From NCBI GenBank assembly GCA_040767965.1, contig JAXGNR010000009.1, positions 61,517 to 125,516 of the forward strand: a stretch of DNA of 64,000 nt, read 5' to 3'. The notes under the pieces were generated by a model. That model was not told the origin of the DNA, did no database searches, and saw only the letters and a list, made by a program, of their open reading frames with translations. Within the stretch, counting starts at the first letter, position 1; every line of letters starts with the position of its first letter. The position numbers were made by a program, and so were the translations under genes. Positions 20,534 to 31,508 of the stretch are shown in pieces. This stretch comes from Atribacterota bacterium. GTDB lineage: Bacteria > Atribacterota > Phoenicimicrobiia > Phoenicimicrobiales > Stramentimicrobiaceae.

Positions 20534-21283
20534 CTAAAACATTAATTGTAAGGCAGCAATTACAGTCATAGTTATAATAAATATTCTGTATTTTTTTTCG
20601 TTGATCCTTTTGGCAATGAATACACCGAGAAAAGAACCAAGAAATATAATGGGAATAACCAGTGGAATAATCTTGAGAGTTTGCCAGTTAATTGTATTCC
20701 ATAAAAAGACATGAAAGGGAAGTTTTATCCAGTTCACTGCAAAAAAGAATACTGCTGTTACTGCAATATATTTATTTTTTTTGTATTGCATAGCCAGCAA
20801 ATAAACTGCAAAAATTGGTCCTGCTGCATTGCCTATCATAGAAGAAAAACCGCTTAATACTCCTATTAGAATATATAAAACCTTACTACTGCTAGGGATA
20901 TTTGTACCATTTTTATTATTTTTAATTTCTTTATGAATTAAAAAGGCAACACAAATAAGGATAACAATACTCATTATAAATTTAAATTGACTGTCATTAA
21001 TTGAATTCCCCAGAATTGCACCTAAAATTACACCGGTTGCTGCTGGTAATAAAAGTCTAAAAACTTCTGTTAATTTTACATATTTTTTATAGAAATAAAC
21101 ACCAAATATGTCTCCAATCATTAGAATTGGAAGAATCACTCCTGTGGATGCCTTCGCTCCAAAAATATGAGCCATTACAGCGACAGAAGGCAAGTTTATT
21201 CCTGGAAGCCCTGATTTGCCCATACCAATTGATAAAGCTACAAAAAAGAGTGCTACTAATTCAGCAATAGTAAAGCCTAACAT
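20534..21283 (-). CDS. TauE/SafE-family sulfite exporter
   Basis: GMGKSGLPG, IGNAAGP, multiple TM. Confidence 0.85.
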   Translation of the reverse strand: MLGFTIAELVALFFVALSIGMGKSGLPGINLPSVAVMAHIFGAKASTGVILPILMIGDIFGVYFYKKYVKLTEVFRLLLPAATGVILGAILGNSINDSQFKFIMSIVILICVAFLIHKEIKNNKNGTNIPSSSKVLYILIGVLSGFSSMIGNAAGPIFAVYLLAMQYKKNKYIAVTAVFFFAVNWIKLPFHVFLWNTINWQTLKIIPLVIPIIFLGSFLGVFIAKRINEKKYRIFIITMTVIAALQLMF

Positions 21284-21661
21284 CTAAATAATTGTACCTC
21301 TTGCCATTTTAATCTTTCTAAAATAATATTAATTTTAAAGACAATTTATTTACTGAGATATTTTTGTTTCAAATATATATTCAGTTTAAAAATGATTCAC
21401 AATTGAATATAATTTTATCGGTAAATATGTTCAACGAAACTATTCTATGATATTTCTAATCAGAATGTCAACCGGATAAGTGCATTAACACCCAATAATT
21501 ATTGTATTATAATTTATTAGGAGATGGATTGGAGATATATTCAATAAATATAAATTAGAAAAAAACAGTATATCTATAAGTTATCTGATTGAAAGTAGAA
21601 TTTTGGTTGATTACATATAGATAAAAAATGGTTTTTTACAAAAAAGAAAGAGGTAAATTTA

Positions 21662-22525
21662 GTGAAAAATGTTGTATCTGCACATTGGCTCCAAAAACAT
21701 ATTGATGATAAAAATATAGTAATCTTAGATTGCCGTTTTGATTTATATAATTCTGGATATGGGGGAAAAGCTTATCAGAAAAGCCATATAAAAAATGCAA
21801 TTTTCTTAAATCTTGATAAAGAACTGGTAGGTTTGCAGGCAAAACATGGCGGAGCAAGACCACTGCCTGGCTTAAAACAAATAATCTCAGTCCTTAAAAG
21901 ATATAATATTAACAAGAATAGCATCGTCATTGGTTATGATGATCAAATGAATGCTGCTGCCAGGGTATGGTGGAGTTTAAAATATTTCGGATATAATAAT
22001 TGTTACCTTTTAGATGGAGGCTTTAAAAACTGGGAAACCAGTAGTTATCCGATTACCAGTGAGATCAAAAAATCTGCAATAAATTCAGAAAATATTGATA
22101 TAAGTGTGAACGAAGATATGGTTTGCGAAATAGAGTATGTCAAATTCAAAAAAGATCTTTCACATGTAGTTTTAATTGATGGAAGGGAAGAGATAAGATA
22201 TACCGGAGAAAAAGAGAATCTTTATAAAAAAGCAGGTCATATTCCTGGTGCTGTTAATTTCCCCGGCAGTAAAAATTTTCAAAAAAACGGATTATTAAAA
22301 GAGAAAAAAGAAATATCCAGGATGTGGAACTGGCTAAAACCATATCAGGAAATAATCCTGTATTGTGGTTCAGGTATTGCTGCAAGTGTAAATTTCCTTG
22401 TATTAGATGAGCTTGGCTATTCCCCAAAGCTTTATATTGGTGGTTTTAGTGATTGGATTAGTTATTCTGAAAATGAAATTGCCAGAGGGAAGGAAGAAAA
22501 ACAAAAGGGTAATTTAACTCATTAG
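21662..22525 (+). CDS. Tandem-rhodanese sulfurtransferase (SseA-like)
   Basis: LDCRF, HIKNA, GHIPGA, active site YCGSG, LYIGGFSDW. Confidence 0.9.
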   Translation: MKNVVSAHWLQKHIDDKNIVILDCRFDLYNSGYGGKAYQKSHIKNAIFLNLDKELVGLQAKHGGARPLPGLKQIISVLKRYNINKNSIVIGYDDQMNAAARVWWSLKYFGYNNCYLLDGGFKNWETSSYPITSEIKKSAINSENIDISVNEDMVCEIEYVKFKKDLSHVVLIDGREEIRYTGEKENLYKKAGHIPGAVNFPGSKNFQKNGLLKEKKEISRMWNWLKPYQEIILYCGSGIAASVNFLVLDELGYSPKLYIGGFSDWISYSENEIARGKEEKQKGNLTH

Positions 22526-22600
22526 ATATTGACAAACATAAAGAAATGGTAAATACTTTTAATAGTCTGCCTGAAAAAAAATATTATTACAGAATACCAC

Positions 22601-22728
22601 AACTCCGAATTATCTAACCTAATGATAAAATACTATTTTTTTCTATGGTTAGATAATCAGTTATTATTTGTAAAATAACCAAGGGCAATTAAGGAAACTT
22701 AATTGCCTCCCATAATTGGAAAGGAGGG
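22601..22728 (+). promoter_or_regulatory. Moco riboswitch (canonical, with P3)
   Basis: ctccga-P2 (cctaa...tatgg receptor)-P3 (gttatt/aataac)-agggc-aattaag gaaa cttaatt-gcctccc-ttggaaaggag. Confidence 0.88.
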
Positions 22729-22745
22729 ATACTTTGCATGAAGTT

Positions 22746-22778
22746 CGTTTCCTGTAACAAGGAAGCGTTTTTTGTTTT
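22746..22778 (+). terminator. Terminator of the Moco riboswitch platform
   Basis: cgtttcct-gtaaca-aggaagcg followed by a T tract. Confidence 0.7.
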
Positions 22779-22823
22779 AAATATATTTTAATACTAAAAA
22801 ATCAAAAAATTAGGAGTATAGAT

Positions 22824-23669
22824 ATGGAATTTGTAACATTAAATAACGATATAAAAATGCCCATGTTAGGGTATGGTGTATTTCAGATTGCAGATGAAAA
22901 AATATGCGAACAATGCGTATCTGATGCCATTAAGGCCGGCTATCGTTCCATTGATACAGCAGCAGCTTATTTAAACGAAGAAGCAGTAGGAAGAGGTATT
23001 GAAAAAAGTGGAATACCCAGAGAAGAACTCTTTATAACAACTAAAGTCTGGGTACAGGATGCCGGTTATGAAAATGCTAAAAAAGCTTTTGAAAAATCCA
23101 TGCAAAAATTGCAGCTGGATTACCTTGACCTATATTTAGTTCACTGGCCTTTTAGTGATTATTATGGTTCCTGGAGGGCAATGGAGGAACTTTATAAAGA
23201 AGGAAGAATCAGGGCAATTGGTGTTTCTAATTTTTCCAGAGATCGCCTGTTTGATTTAATATTAAATAGCGAGATAGTGCCAGCAGTTAACCAGGTTGAA
23301 GTACATCCGTTTAATCAGCAGATAGAACAAAAGAAGATCATGGATGACTTAAAAGTACAGATGGAATCCTGGGGGCCACTGGCACAGGGTAAAAACAATA
23401 TTTTTAAAGATGAAATATTGTCTGCCATTGGAAAGAAGTACAGCAAAACTGTGGCTCAGGTAATCCTGCGCTGGCATATTCAACGTGGAGTTGTTGCTAT
23501 TCCCAAATCTGCTACCAAAGAAAGAATTATAGAAAATTATAATATATGGGACTTTCAATTAAGCCAGGAAGATATGGATGCTATTAAATCTTTTGATACA
23601 GGCAAACCTTTCCTGGACGGCACCAGCTTAGAGACTGTTAAAAGATTAAACAGCAGTAAGATCCATTAA
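22824..23669 (+). CDS. Aldo/keto reductase (2,5-diketo-D-gluconate reductase-like)
   Basis: GYRSIDTAAAY, LFITTK, LVHWP, IGVSNF, IPKS. Confidence 0.92.
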   Translation: MEFVTLNNDIKMPMLGYGVFQIADEKICEQCVSDAIKAGYRSIDTAAAYLNEEAVGRGIEKSGIPREELFITTKVWVQDAGYENAKKAFEKSMQKLQLDYLDLYLVHWPFSDYYGSWRAMEELYKEGRIRAIGVSNFSRDRLFDLILNSEIVPAVNQVEVHPFNQQIEQKKIMDDLKVQMESWGPLAQGKNNIFKDEILSAIGKKYSKTVAQVILRWHIQRGVVAIPKSATKERIIENYNIWDFQLSQEDMDAIKSFDTGKPFLDGTSLETVKRLNSSKIH

Positions 23670-23770
23670 CCATTAGCAGAATAATATTGAAAAATGTTTA
23701 ATGAAAATATTGTTTTTACATCTACTAGATCTATTAAAATAGGTTAAGGGTAATTTAAAAGCAGGGGAAA

Positions 23771-25228
23771 ATGGTTATAAAAAAGAAGAGAGTTATCCTG
23801 ATTGTATGGGATGGACTAAGATCGGATTTTGTCAACAAAAGATTTACTCCAAACCTTTTTGAATTTGCCAGCAAAGGTGTTTTGTTTAAAAATCATCATT
23901 CAGTGTTTCCCAGCTGTACACGAGTGAACTGTGCATCAATGGTTACCGGATGCTATCCCGATATGCATGGACTGATGGGCAATCAAATCTATATTTGTGA
24001 TAAAAATCAGGATTTAAAGGTAATTTCAACCAGCAACTACAAGCTTCTCAAGGAGTATAACAGACAAACTAAAGGGAATATGCTCCGAAAAACATCTATT
24101 ACAGAAATTTTGAATGACCATCAAAAGAAATCTTTAGTACTAAGTACTGGTTCGGGTGGTTCTGCTTATATCTTTGACCACAAAGAAAGCGGAGTGGTTA
24201 TCAACAGCTCTTTTTGTTTCCCTGCAGAAATTTCTGAACAATTAAGAAAAAAGATAGGGCCTTTCCCTGTTGAAGAAGTACCAAATAAAGAGCAAAACAA
24301 ATATTTAGTACAGTCGTTTTTTAATTACTTTTTACCGGAAATGGACCCGGATTTAACTATTCTTTATTTGTGTGAACCGGATAAAACTCAGCACTATTAT
24401 GGTATTGGTACTGTTCAATCCTGTCAGACAATTAAAGACAATGACGACCTTTTTGGAGAATTTTTAATCGGACTTCAACAGTATAATTCTGTTAATGAAA
24501 CAGATATCTTGATTACCTCTGACCATGGCGGTTCAACTATTACAGGTACTGTTAACCCAGTCGATCTGTTAATTGAGGGTGGTTTTAAAGAAAATGAAAA
24601 TTCAGACGATTTAACCATTGTTTCTTCAGATGGAAGCATTGGTATATACCTGAAAAATTGGCAAAAAAATAAAATAATAGAAATAATTAAATACTTACAA
24701 GAACATGAATGGGTCGGACCCATCTTTTCAAAGACAGGAAGAGGAAAACTAGGATTAACTCCAGAGATAATGAATCTGGAGTTAATCAGATATAAAAATA
24801 ATTTAGCTCCAGATTTATTGTTGTCTCTGAATTGGAATACAGGAAAAAATAAAAATGGCTTTCCCTGTGGAACCTATGCAGATACCTCCGTTTACCCTGT
24901 TGGCGGTGGAATGCATGGCTCTTTCAGCCCTTATGATATGCACAATATTTTAATAGCGACAGGACCATCATTTCAATCCGGGTTGATAAGTAATTATCCT
25001 TCAGGAAATATCGACCTTGCTCCAACGATTTTATATTTATTAGGATTAACCAACTCAGGAATGGACGGGCGCATCCTCGAAGAAGCATTTACTGGTTCTA
25101 TCTTATTTTCAAAGGAACAATGGGAAGAGAAGATAATTGAAACAGAAGGTATTTCCTATAAACAAAGACTTGTAGTAAAAGAATTCGCAGGAAGGGAATA
25201 TTTTACAATGTGTGAAGTAAACAAATGA
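23771..25228 (+). CDS. Alkaline phosphatase superfamily / nucleotide pyrophosphatase-phosphodiesterase
   Basis: WDGLRSD, FPSCTRVN, EPDKTQH, TSDHG, GMHG, DLAPT. Confidence 0.85.
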   Translation: MVIKKKRVILIVWDGLRSDFVNKRFTPNLFEFASKGVLFKNHHSVFPSCTRVNCASMVTGCYPDMHGLMGNQIYICDKNQDLKVISTSNYKLLKEYNRQTKGNMLRKTSITEILNDHQKKSLVLSTGSGGSAYIFDHKESGVVINSSFCFPAEISEQLRKKIGPFPVEEVPNKEQNKYLVQSFFNYFLPEMDPDLTILYLCEPDKTQHYYGIGTVQSCQTIKDNDDLFGEFLIGLQQYNSVNETDILITSDHGGSTITGTVNPVDLLIEGGFKENENSDDLTIVSSDGSIGIYLKNWQKNKIIEIIKYLQEHEWVGPIFSKTGRGKLGLTPEIMNLELIRYKNNLAPDLLLSLNWNTGKNKNGFPCGTYADTSVYPVGGGMHGSFSPYDMHNILIATGPSFQSGLISNYPSGNIDLAPTILYLLGLTNSGMDGRILEEAFTGSILFSKEQWEEKIIETEGISYKQRLVVKEFAGREYFTMCEVNK

Positions 25229-25284
25229 GCAATGAGAAATTTTTGATTTTTAAGTTTTTTCAGGGAAGAAAAGTTATCACTTAT

Positions 25285-28200
25285 TTAAAATCTTAAATTT
25301 AAACCGAATTTAAAGCGATAATCGCTATCATTTATTGAAAAGCCTTCAAATTGAGTATTCAGTGACAGATCCGAAGAAACCTGATAATCAATACTGATGA
25401 TTTTTTCACCTTGGAAATCTAAAGGGGTGGTATAACTAATAAAAAAGTCATCACTTATATTTTTCCCTACCTCTAATTTTAAACTTGACAGATTCATCTT
25501 TTCAAATAAAAAGATACTGTCATCATCAGAAAATAAATTTTCAGTTGATAATCTTAAAAAATCTAAACCAAGCTGTTGTGCCAATCCACTTTCTATTTGA
25601 CGCAGTAAATTTATCTGAATGCTTTGAAACAGGATTTCTATCAATTCCTGAGAGAGTAACTGATTTAATTCTCCCTCAGAAAGGCCTTCAATGTTTCTTC
25701 CCAGGGCCAGTAGAGAGATTATTTCAGTCTCCAGCATTACAGGCTGGGATGATAAACGTACCTGGGGCTGGGCTAAGTTACCGGAAACATCTATCATTAT
25801 TAGAACATCCTGAACCATAGTCTCTGCCCTGGCGTTAATATTAATATCATTAACTGTAAAGCCGTTAATTGCAGCTCGTCCTTCAGTGATATTAAATTGT
25901 CTTTCTAAATAAACCAGAGAACCTCTTCTTAAATTAATGTTTCCCTGAATAGAAAGATCATCCAGTTGCCCGGTTAAAAGAGCGTTTCCGGTTATATAAA
26001 TTTCGGCATTTGGAAGCCTCAATGTAAAAGGATCAGCAATAACAATATTCATATCCAGCTGAACAGGTAGCGCAGGAGATTGACTATCCTGAGATTCAGG
26101 AATGAGCTCATCCAGATTAAATGCTTGTAGCTGGTTAAGATTCAAATGACCATTAGTTAAGTATAATTGGCTTTCTATCTCTAAAGCTGGCCATGAACCT
26201 TTAGTTTCTGCAGTAAAAATGATTTCACTTTCAATAATATTTTGAAAAGAAATCTTCTGCTGGATATTTTTAATAGAAATAGAAATATTTTCGGGATAAA
26301 AAGAAATGAATTCAAAATGACCTTCTAAAGTAAATTGATTTTCAAATGCTGTTAATGGAATTGGTAAAATTATTACTTCATTATCATTAATCTCTATTCT
26401 GGTATCAACTTGTTCTAATTTAACCGGGAAATCTTTTAATGACAGACCTCCTTCCTGAATATCAATATAGCCATTTAAAAGAGGCATACTGCTGGTACCG
26501 GTTAAACTAAGGTTCAGATCAATATTACCTGTATAATTTGCAAAGATATCTTTCCAGAAAAGATTTAATATATTCAAATCAGCTTGTTCCATTTTAATTT
26601 GAAAATCTAGCGGAAAATCCAACCCGGAAGAGGGAATGGCAGAAACCCGATCCTCTATAAAGAAAGAATCCAAGGGTAGATTGCCTTGTGCTACGATCTG
26701 ATATTCTTCTTCTAAAGAAAGAATGAAATCTCTTACTTCTAAATTTCTATTCTGACTATTCCAGTAAAAATCGGCATGCAGGTCTTCAAATTTGAATTCT
26801 CTAAAATCACCTTCCTGCATTCGGGCTACTATTAAAATCTCCGGCTGGGTAAGGATACCTTTTAAAGTTCCTTCAATATCCATGATTCCATTAGCCGTTT
26901 CTTGAGTGTCAATAAGCTGCAGCAGAGTTTTTATATCAAGTTGTTCTGCTTGGAAATTTATATCCAAAACCTGATCTAATCCAATACTTCCTTCTGCTCT
27001 CAGCTGACCAGCAGGTTGAATAAAGTGAAAATCAGAAATAAAAAATCTTTGTTCCTGGTAAGAAATTTCTGCTTCTATTTCAGAAGCTAAAGAACTGTCT
27101 GGTATTTGAGGAAGAATCTGGAGAGATAGCTCCATCTGCTGCTTATCTTTATCCCCACTAAAAGCCACTCTTCCGTTTATATTTGAAGGTAAAAATTCTT
27201 TTAAACTATTATCTTCTAAAGGATAAAAAGATTCAACCAAATCAATAATATATTCAGAGGAAAATTCCGTTTCTCCGGAAAATTGGAAATCTTCTCCTAT
27301 TTTTATTTTCCCATAAACCAGCAATTCCATCATTTCATTTTTTAAATCTAATTCTTCCAGTAGTAGAGAATAAGTGTAACCATTTATGTTCAACAATGCA
27401 GATAAACTATCTTCACTTTCAACAGGGTAAAGGATGCTTTTTTCAGGCTGTAAGATAAAATTTGCTCTGCCATTTCCTAAAGGATAATTATCATAAAGGA
27501 TTTCTTCTAATAAAAAATTCCCTGATAAAGTTAATACAGGCCATATTCCTTGAATTATCCCATTCCCGGATGTTGATCCGGATAGTGGAGTAGAAAATGT
27601 AAAAATTTGACCCAGATTTTCAATATTGATAGATTCTAATTGATAGACAAGATCAACTTCAGGTGCATCAATTGTATTCAGGTTTATATTTCCAGAACTG
27701 GTAAGGTTTAATTCCTGATTTTTTATAGAAAAATCTTGCAAGGAAATGATATTATTTTGTAATGACAGGATTCCGTTTAAATTACCTAAATAATATTCTT
27801 GAAAAGATAGTTCCTGCAACCTGAATTCGGCAATAATATCAGGATTACTGGCATTGCCGGTGATAGCAGCTTCTATCTCTGCACTACCTGCAATTTTTTG
27901 GTCAAAAGCCAAAACATTTATCAGATTGGAGATTTCCGGTGTTTGATATTCAATATTTAAGGCAAAGCGGGCAGTTTCAGCAAAGCTTATATTTCCTTCA
28001 ATAAGTGCCAGATCATCTAACAATTCTATTTTGCCTTGCTGGATAGAAATAGTGTTTTTTGCAAGATTGACAGTTGATTTTAGCTCACCTGCCAAAGGAT
28101 CAGCCAACAGGATATTGTTGATAACAAGTGAATCTATGGTAAATTGACCTTCAAGCTCCAGGAGGCTGCTGTTTCCCCAGGTATTTTCTATTTTAAAATT

Positions 28201-29631
28201 ACTATCAAGATTTCCGGAAATATCTTTCAAACACGAAAATTGATTAAACGCAGGGTGGTGCAAAGAGAAATTTGTTGTTTTTAAAAGTATTTGATAATAA
28301 GGTAATTCTTCAGACCAATCAATATGTCCCTGAACTGCCAAAGAAGATTCTGCATCTGCAGCAGTTAACGAATGAATAACAAGTCCATTTTTATTTACTG
28401 AAAATTCTAAATCAATATTTTGAAAATCAACATTTTCAATATTAATTTTAGGAGAATATGCTTCTGCTCCTATCTGGAATTCCTCTGGCTGTCCTTGTAT
28501 GGTGGCACTTAAATCAATATCTCCCTGAAAAGAAAAATCTTCAAAGTCTGGCCAAAACAAAATTAAATCGCTTTTTAAAACAGCAGAATTTAAAATGGTA
28601 CTTTTCAAATCAAGATCAACATATACTTCAGGTTCTGTTGAGATTAATCCGCTTAACTCAATGGTATTTCCCTTATAAAGTCCTTCTAGTTTAGAAATGG
28701 TTATTTCAGGTTTCAGGATATTTATAGAACCATGAATATTATCAAGAGGAATTTCTTCTAAAAATAAAGGATTTGCCTGGACTTGATACAGGATTATCTC
28801 GCCCTGCCAAAAAGGAGTTTCGTCATCGTTTCCAGAAGACAAGTTTAAATTAAGGTTAAGATCGAATTTCCCTTTATTTATATTGAATTCCTTCCCGATT
28901 TCCAGATAGTGCTGAAAATGGGTTAGGTCAGCATTCTTTAAAGTGAAGTTAATTGTATAATAGGGTTGATCAGCATAAATATTTCCATTTAAAATAAGTG
29001 TTGTGCTGTCTTCTTTATGATTTCCTTGAAAATCAAAGATAATTTCAGGCAAATTTGACAAATCCAGATATCCATTAATATTTTCTACTTGTGTAGTTAA
29101 TGCTTCTCTCTCATAAAAATATATCAGTTCATCATGCAAGGTTAAATGGCTATCCTGAAAATAAACGCGGTCTATAAATATATTCTGCTGATCTTCTCCA
29201 AATTCAAGATCAAATTTTTTTAATAAATCAAATTGACCGTCAATTTCTCTGACGACTTCCAGATAGGTATTGTAAATAGTGATGGCATGTATGTCGAGTT
29301 CCCAATTTTTCCAATCAAGAAGAGATAATACCAAATTGAAGTCAATTTTAACTTTTTCTGCCTGCAGTAAAATATCTTTTTTATCAGCTTGATCATTAAA
29401 AACAATAATTTTATTTACCTGCAACGATTGTAAAGAAATATTATCCAGAGAATCAATCTCTACTCTTTTCCCCAGACTGCCTTCAAGCTGTGCTATCAGG
29501 AGAGATTTAATTTTGGGTTGTAAAAAATCACTATTTAAAAAATAATAAAAGACACCAATAATTAAGAGTATTGCTAATGCAAATATTAGAGAAAATATTA
29601 TAAATTTACTATTTATTTTTATACTTATCAA
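25285..29631 (-). CDS. tamB: TamB/AsmA-like translocation and assembly module protein
   Basis: N-terminal TM anchor, long beta-rich body, C-terminal DUF490-like region (LSSQP..EIISLLALG, LEVGKNISDD). Confidence 0.8.
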   Translation of the reverse strand: MISIKINSKFIIFSLIFALAILLIIGVFYYFLNSDFLQPKIKSLLIAQLEGSLGKRVEIDSLDNISLQSLQVNKIIVFNDQADKKDILLQAEKVKIDFNLVLSLLDWKNWELDIHAITIYNTYLEVVREIDGQFDLLKKFDLEFGEDQQNIFIDRVYFQDSHLTLHDELIYFYEREALTTQVENINGYLDLSNLPEIIFDFQGNHKEDSTTLILNGNIYADQPYYTINFTLKNADLTHFQHYLEIGKEFNINKGKFDLNLNLNLSSGNDDETPFWQGEIILYQVQANPLFLEEIPLDNIHGSINILKPEITISKLEGLYKGNTIELSGLISTEPEVYVDLDLKSTILNSAVLKSDLILFWPDFEDFSFQGDIDLSATIQGQPEEFQIGAEAYSPKINIENVDFQNIDLEFSVNKNGLVIHSLTAADAESSLAVQGHIDWSEELPYYQILLKTTNFSLHHPAFNQFSCLKDISGNLDSNFKIENTWGNSSLLELEGQFTIDSLVINNILLADPLAGELKSTVNLAKNTISIQQGKIELLDDLALIEGNISFAETARFALNIEYQTPEISNLINVLAFDQKIAGSAEIEAAITGNASNPDIIAEFRLQELSFQEYYLGNLNGILSLQNNIISLQDFSIKNQELNLTSSGNINLNTIDAPEVDLVYQLESINIENLGQIFTFSTPLSGSTSGNGIIQGIWPVLTLSGNFLLEEILYDNYPLGNGRANFILQPEKSILYPVESEDSLSALLNINGYTYSLLLEELDLKNEMMELLVYGKIKIGEDFQFSGETEFSSEYIIDLVESFYPLEDNSLKEFLPSNINGRVAFSGDKDKQQMELSLQILPQIPDSSLASEIEAEISYQEQRFFISDFHFIQPAGQLRAEGSIGLDQVLDINFQAEQLDIKTLLQLIDTQETANGIMDIEGTLKGILTQPEILIVARMQEGDFREFKFEDLHADFYWNSQNRNLEVRDFILSLEEEYQIVAQGNLPLDSFFIEDRVSAIPSSGLDFPLDFQIKMEQADLNILNLFWKDIFANYTGNIDLNLSLTGTSSMPLLNGYIDIQEGGLSLKDFPVKLEQVDTRIEINDNEVIILPIPLTAFENQFTLEGHFEFISFYPENISISIKNIQQKISFQNIIESEIIFTAETKGSWPALEIESQLYLTNGHLNLNQLQAFNLDELIPESQDSQSPALPVQLDMNIVIADPFTLRLPNAEIYITGNALLTGQLDDLSIQGNINLRRGSLVYLERQFNITEGRAAINGFTVNDININARAETMVQDVLIMIDVSGNLAQPQVRLSSQPVMLETEIISLLALGRNIEGLSEGELNQLLSQELIEILFQSIQINLLRQIESGLAQQLGLDFLRLSTENLFSDDDSIFLFEKMNLSSLKLEVGKNISDDFFISYTTPLDFQGEKIISIDYQVSSDLSLNTQFEGFSINDSDYRFKFGLNLRF

Positions 29632-29940
29632 AATTATCCCTTATTATCCCTTAATATATTCATTGATAAAACTAATATTAACCGGCAGAATATTATTTTA
29701 TATTTTTTAAAATTCCACATAAATAGCAGGCAGAATAACTATAAATATTATAGCATATCAATTTTTTGATTATCAGATAATGCACTTGTGTAAGATTTAC
29801 TGTTAATTTTTTTAAAAAATTAATGAAAATATGTCGAAAAAGAGGTGGTTTTCTACAAAGCTAAAAATATATCATAAATAGCTTTAGTACAGCTTTTTGA
29901 ATATATTTTTAGCTTTGTAATTGTTTCTAATAAGATATAT

Positions 29941-30684
29941 TCAGTCTTTTAAGTAAAATTCTGCTATTACCGATGCTCTTATACTTACTTCATCAGGCTC
30001 TATTGGGGTTGGAGCAGAAGCAAAAGAGATTTCCCTTTGCATGGCAGTATCCTGAAAACGAAATGGCTGGTAATTAGTGTTTTCTTCTCTTAAATTTGCC
30101 AGTGTCGCAATCTCTTCATTGATGCTTTCTGCTATTGCTTTTGCCTTTTGGAATGCCTGTTGGGTAGCTTTCTGCAGTGCTTGCAGTATTAAATCTTGCG
30201 GATCTGTCAATTCAAAATTAATATAATTAACACTATTGACCCCTGAAGCCACAGCCAGGTCTATTATTTCACCAATTGTATCAATTTCACCGGTAGTTAT
30301 TATCATTTCATTAGTAACCTGATAGAAGATCGGATTTTCATTTATTTCTGATTGCTCCATGGCTGTTTCCCGGTAGCTATACAATTGATAAGAACCAGTT
30401 TTGATATTGTTTTCAGGTATGCCAGCCTCCAGTAAAGATTTTTTTACTTCATTGGCAATAACAGCATTTTCAGCAACAGCATTATCTGCTGATTTATTTC
30501 TAGTCCCTATTGCTAAGCTTATTCTTGCCAGATCTGGTTGTGCTTTCAATTCTGCTTGTCCATATGTTTGAATTTTTCTATCAGCCAAAGATGAGGTTGC
30601 TGCATTAACGATTTTACCATGAACATTAAATGTTAAAATAATTATCAAAATAAATAAAATAAAGATGAGATATTTTTTTCTCAT
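29941..30684 (-). CDS. SIMPL (DUF541) domain protein
   Basis: Signal peptide, G..E..AQPDLA, A..KAKAIAE; RBS ggagg before 30684. Confidence 0.85.
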   Translation of the reverse strand: MRKKYLIFILFILIIILTFNVHGKIVNAATSSLADRKIQTYGQAELKAQPDLARISLAIGTRNKSADNAVAENAVIANEVKKSLLEAGIPENNIKTGSYQLYSYRETAMEQSEINENPIFYQVTNEMIITTGEIDTIGEIIDLAVASGVNSVNYINFELTDPQDLILQALQKATQQAFQKAKAIAESINEEIATLANLREENTNYQPFRFQDTAMQREISFASAPTPIEPDEVSIRASVIAEFYLKD

Positions 30685-31013
30685 TGGATTATCCTCCCAA
30701 AATGAAATTTTCAGATTATATTCTGTCGTGAAAGTTAAAAAACATATCATGCTCATAAATTATCATTTTTTTGATTTTCTGTAAATATTCTATATCTTTT
30801 GATTGATTAAATTAGCATTTTTGGGTTAACTTAAACCAGGTTTGAGAGGGCAAAAGAAATTAAAGGGATTTTCTTTCAAAATTTTCAAAAAATATATTGA
30901 TTTTTTAAAATAAAATATAAAAGTCTATTTTGAATAAAGAATTTAATTTTGCTATACTTAGTCAAAATTTAATAAATATTCAGAAAAATATTTTAAAAAT
31001 AATAGAGGTGGAA

Positions 31014-31478
31014 ATGATGAGTAAAATTGAAGAAAAAATAAAGTCTTTAGGAATTAATTTGCCTGCGGTATCGCCTCCAATTGGTTCTTTTGTGCCATGC
31101 GTACAAACAGGAAACCTTGTTTATACTTCTGGCCAGGTTTGCATGCGTAATGGTGTATTGGCATATAAAGGAAAAGTAGGAAAAGAAGTAACTATCGAAG
31201 AGGGTTCTGAAGCCGCCAGAATAGCTATTATTAATGCCCTGGCTATATTAAAAGAACATTTAGGAAGTTTAGATAGAGTAAAAAGAATTGTTAAATTATT
31301 AGGTTTGGTGGCATGTGTTCCTGAGTTTGACAAACAGCCCAGCGTAATCAATGGTGCATCTGATTTACTTTTAGCTATTTTTAAAGAAAAAGGACAGCAT
31401 GCCCGTTCTGCTATAGGAGTCAGTGCTTTACCCAATAATTCTCCGGTAGAAATTGAAATGATTGTTGAAGTAGAATAA
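31014..31478 (+). CDS. RidA/YjgF-family protein
   Basis: VYTSGQ, NGASDL, HARSAIGV..LP..PVEIE; RBS gaggtg. Confidence 0.88.
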   Translation: MMSKIEEKIKSLGINLPAVSPPIGSFVPCVQTGNLVYTSGQVCMRNGVLAYKGKVGKEVTIEEGSEAARIAIINALAILKEHLGSLDRVKRIVKLLGLVACVPEFDKQPSVINGASDLLLAIFKEKGQHARSAIGVSALPNNSPVEIEMIVEVE

Positions 31479-31508
31479 GAATTAATTTAACTGGAAGAAA
31501 TTACTGAT

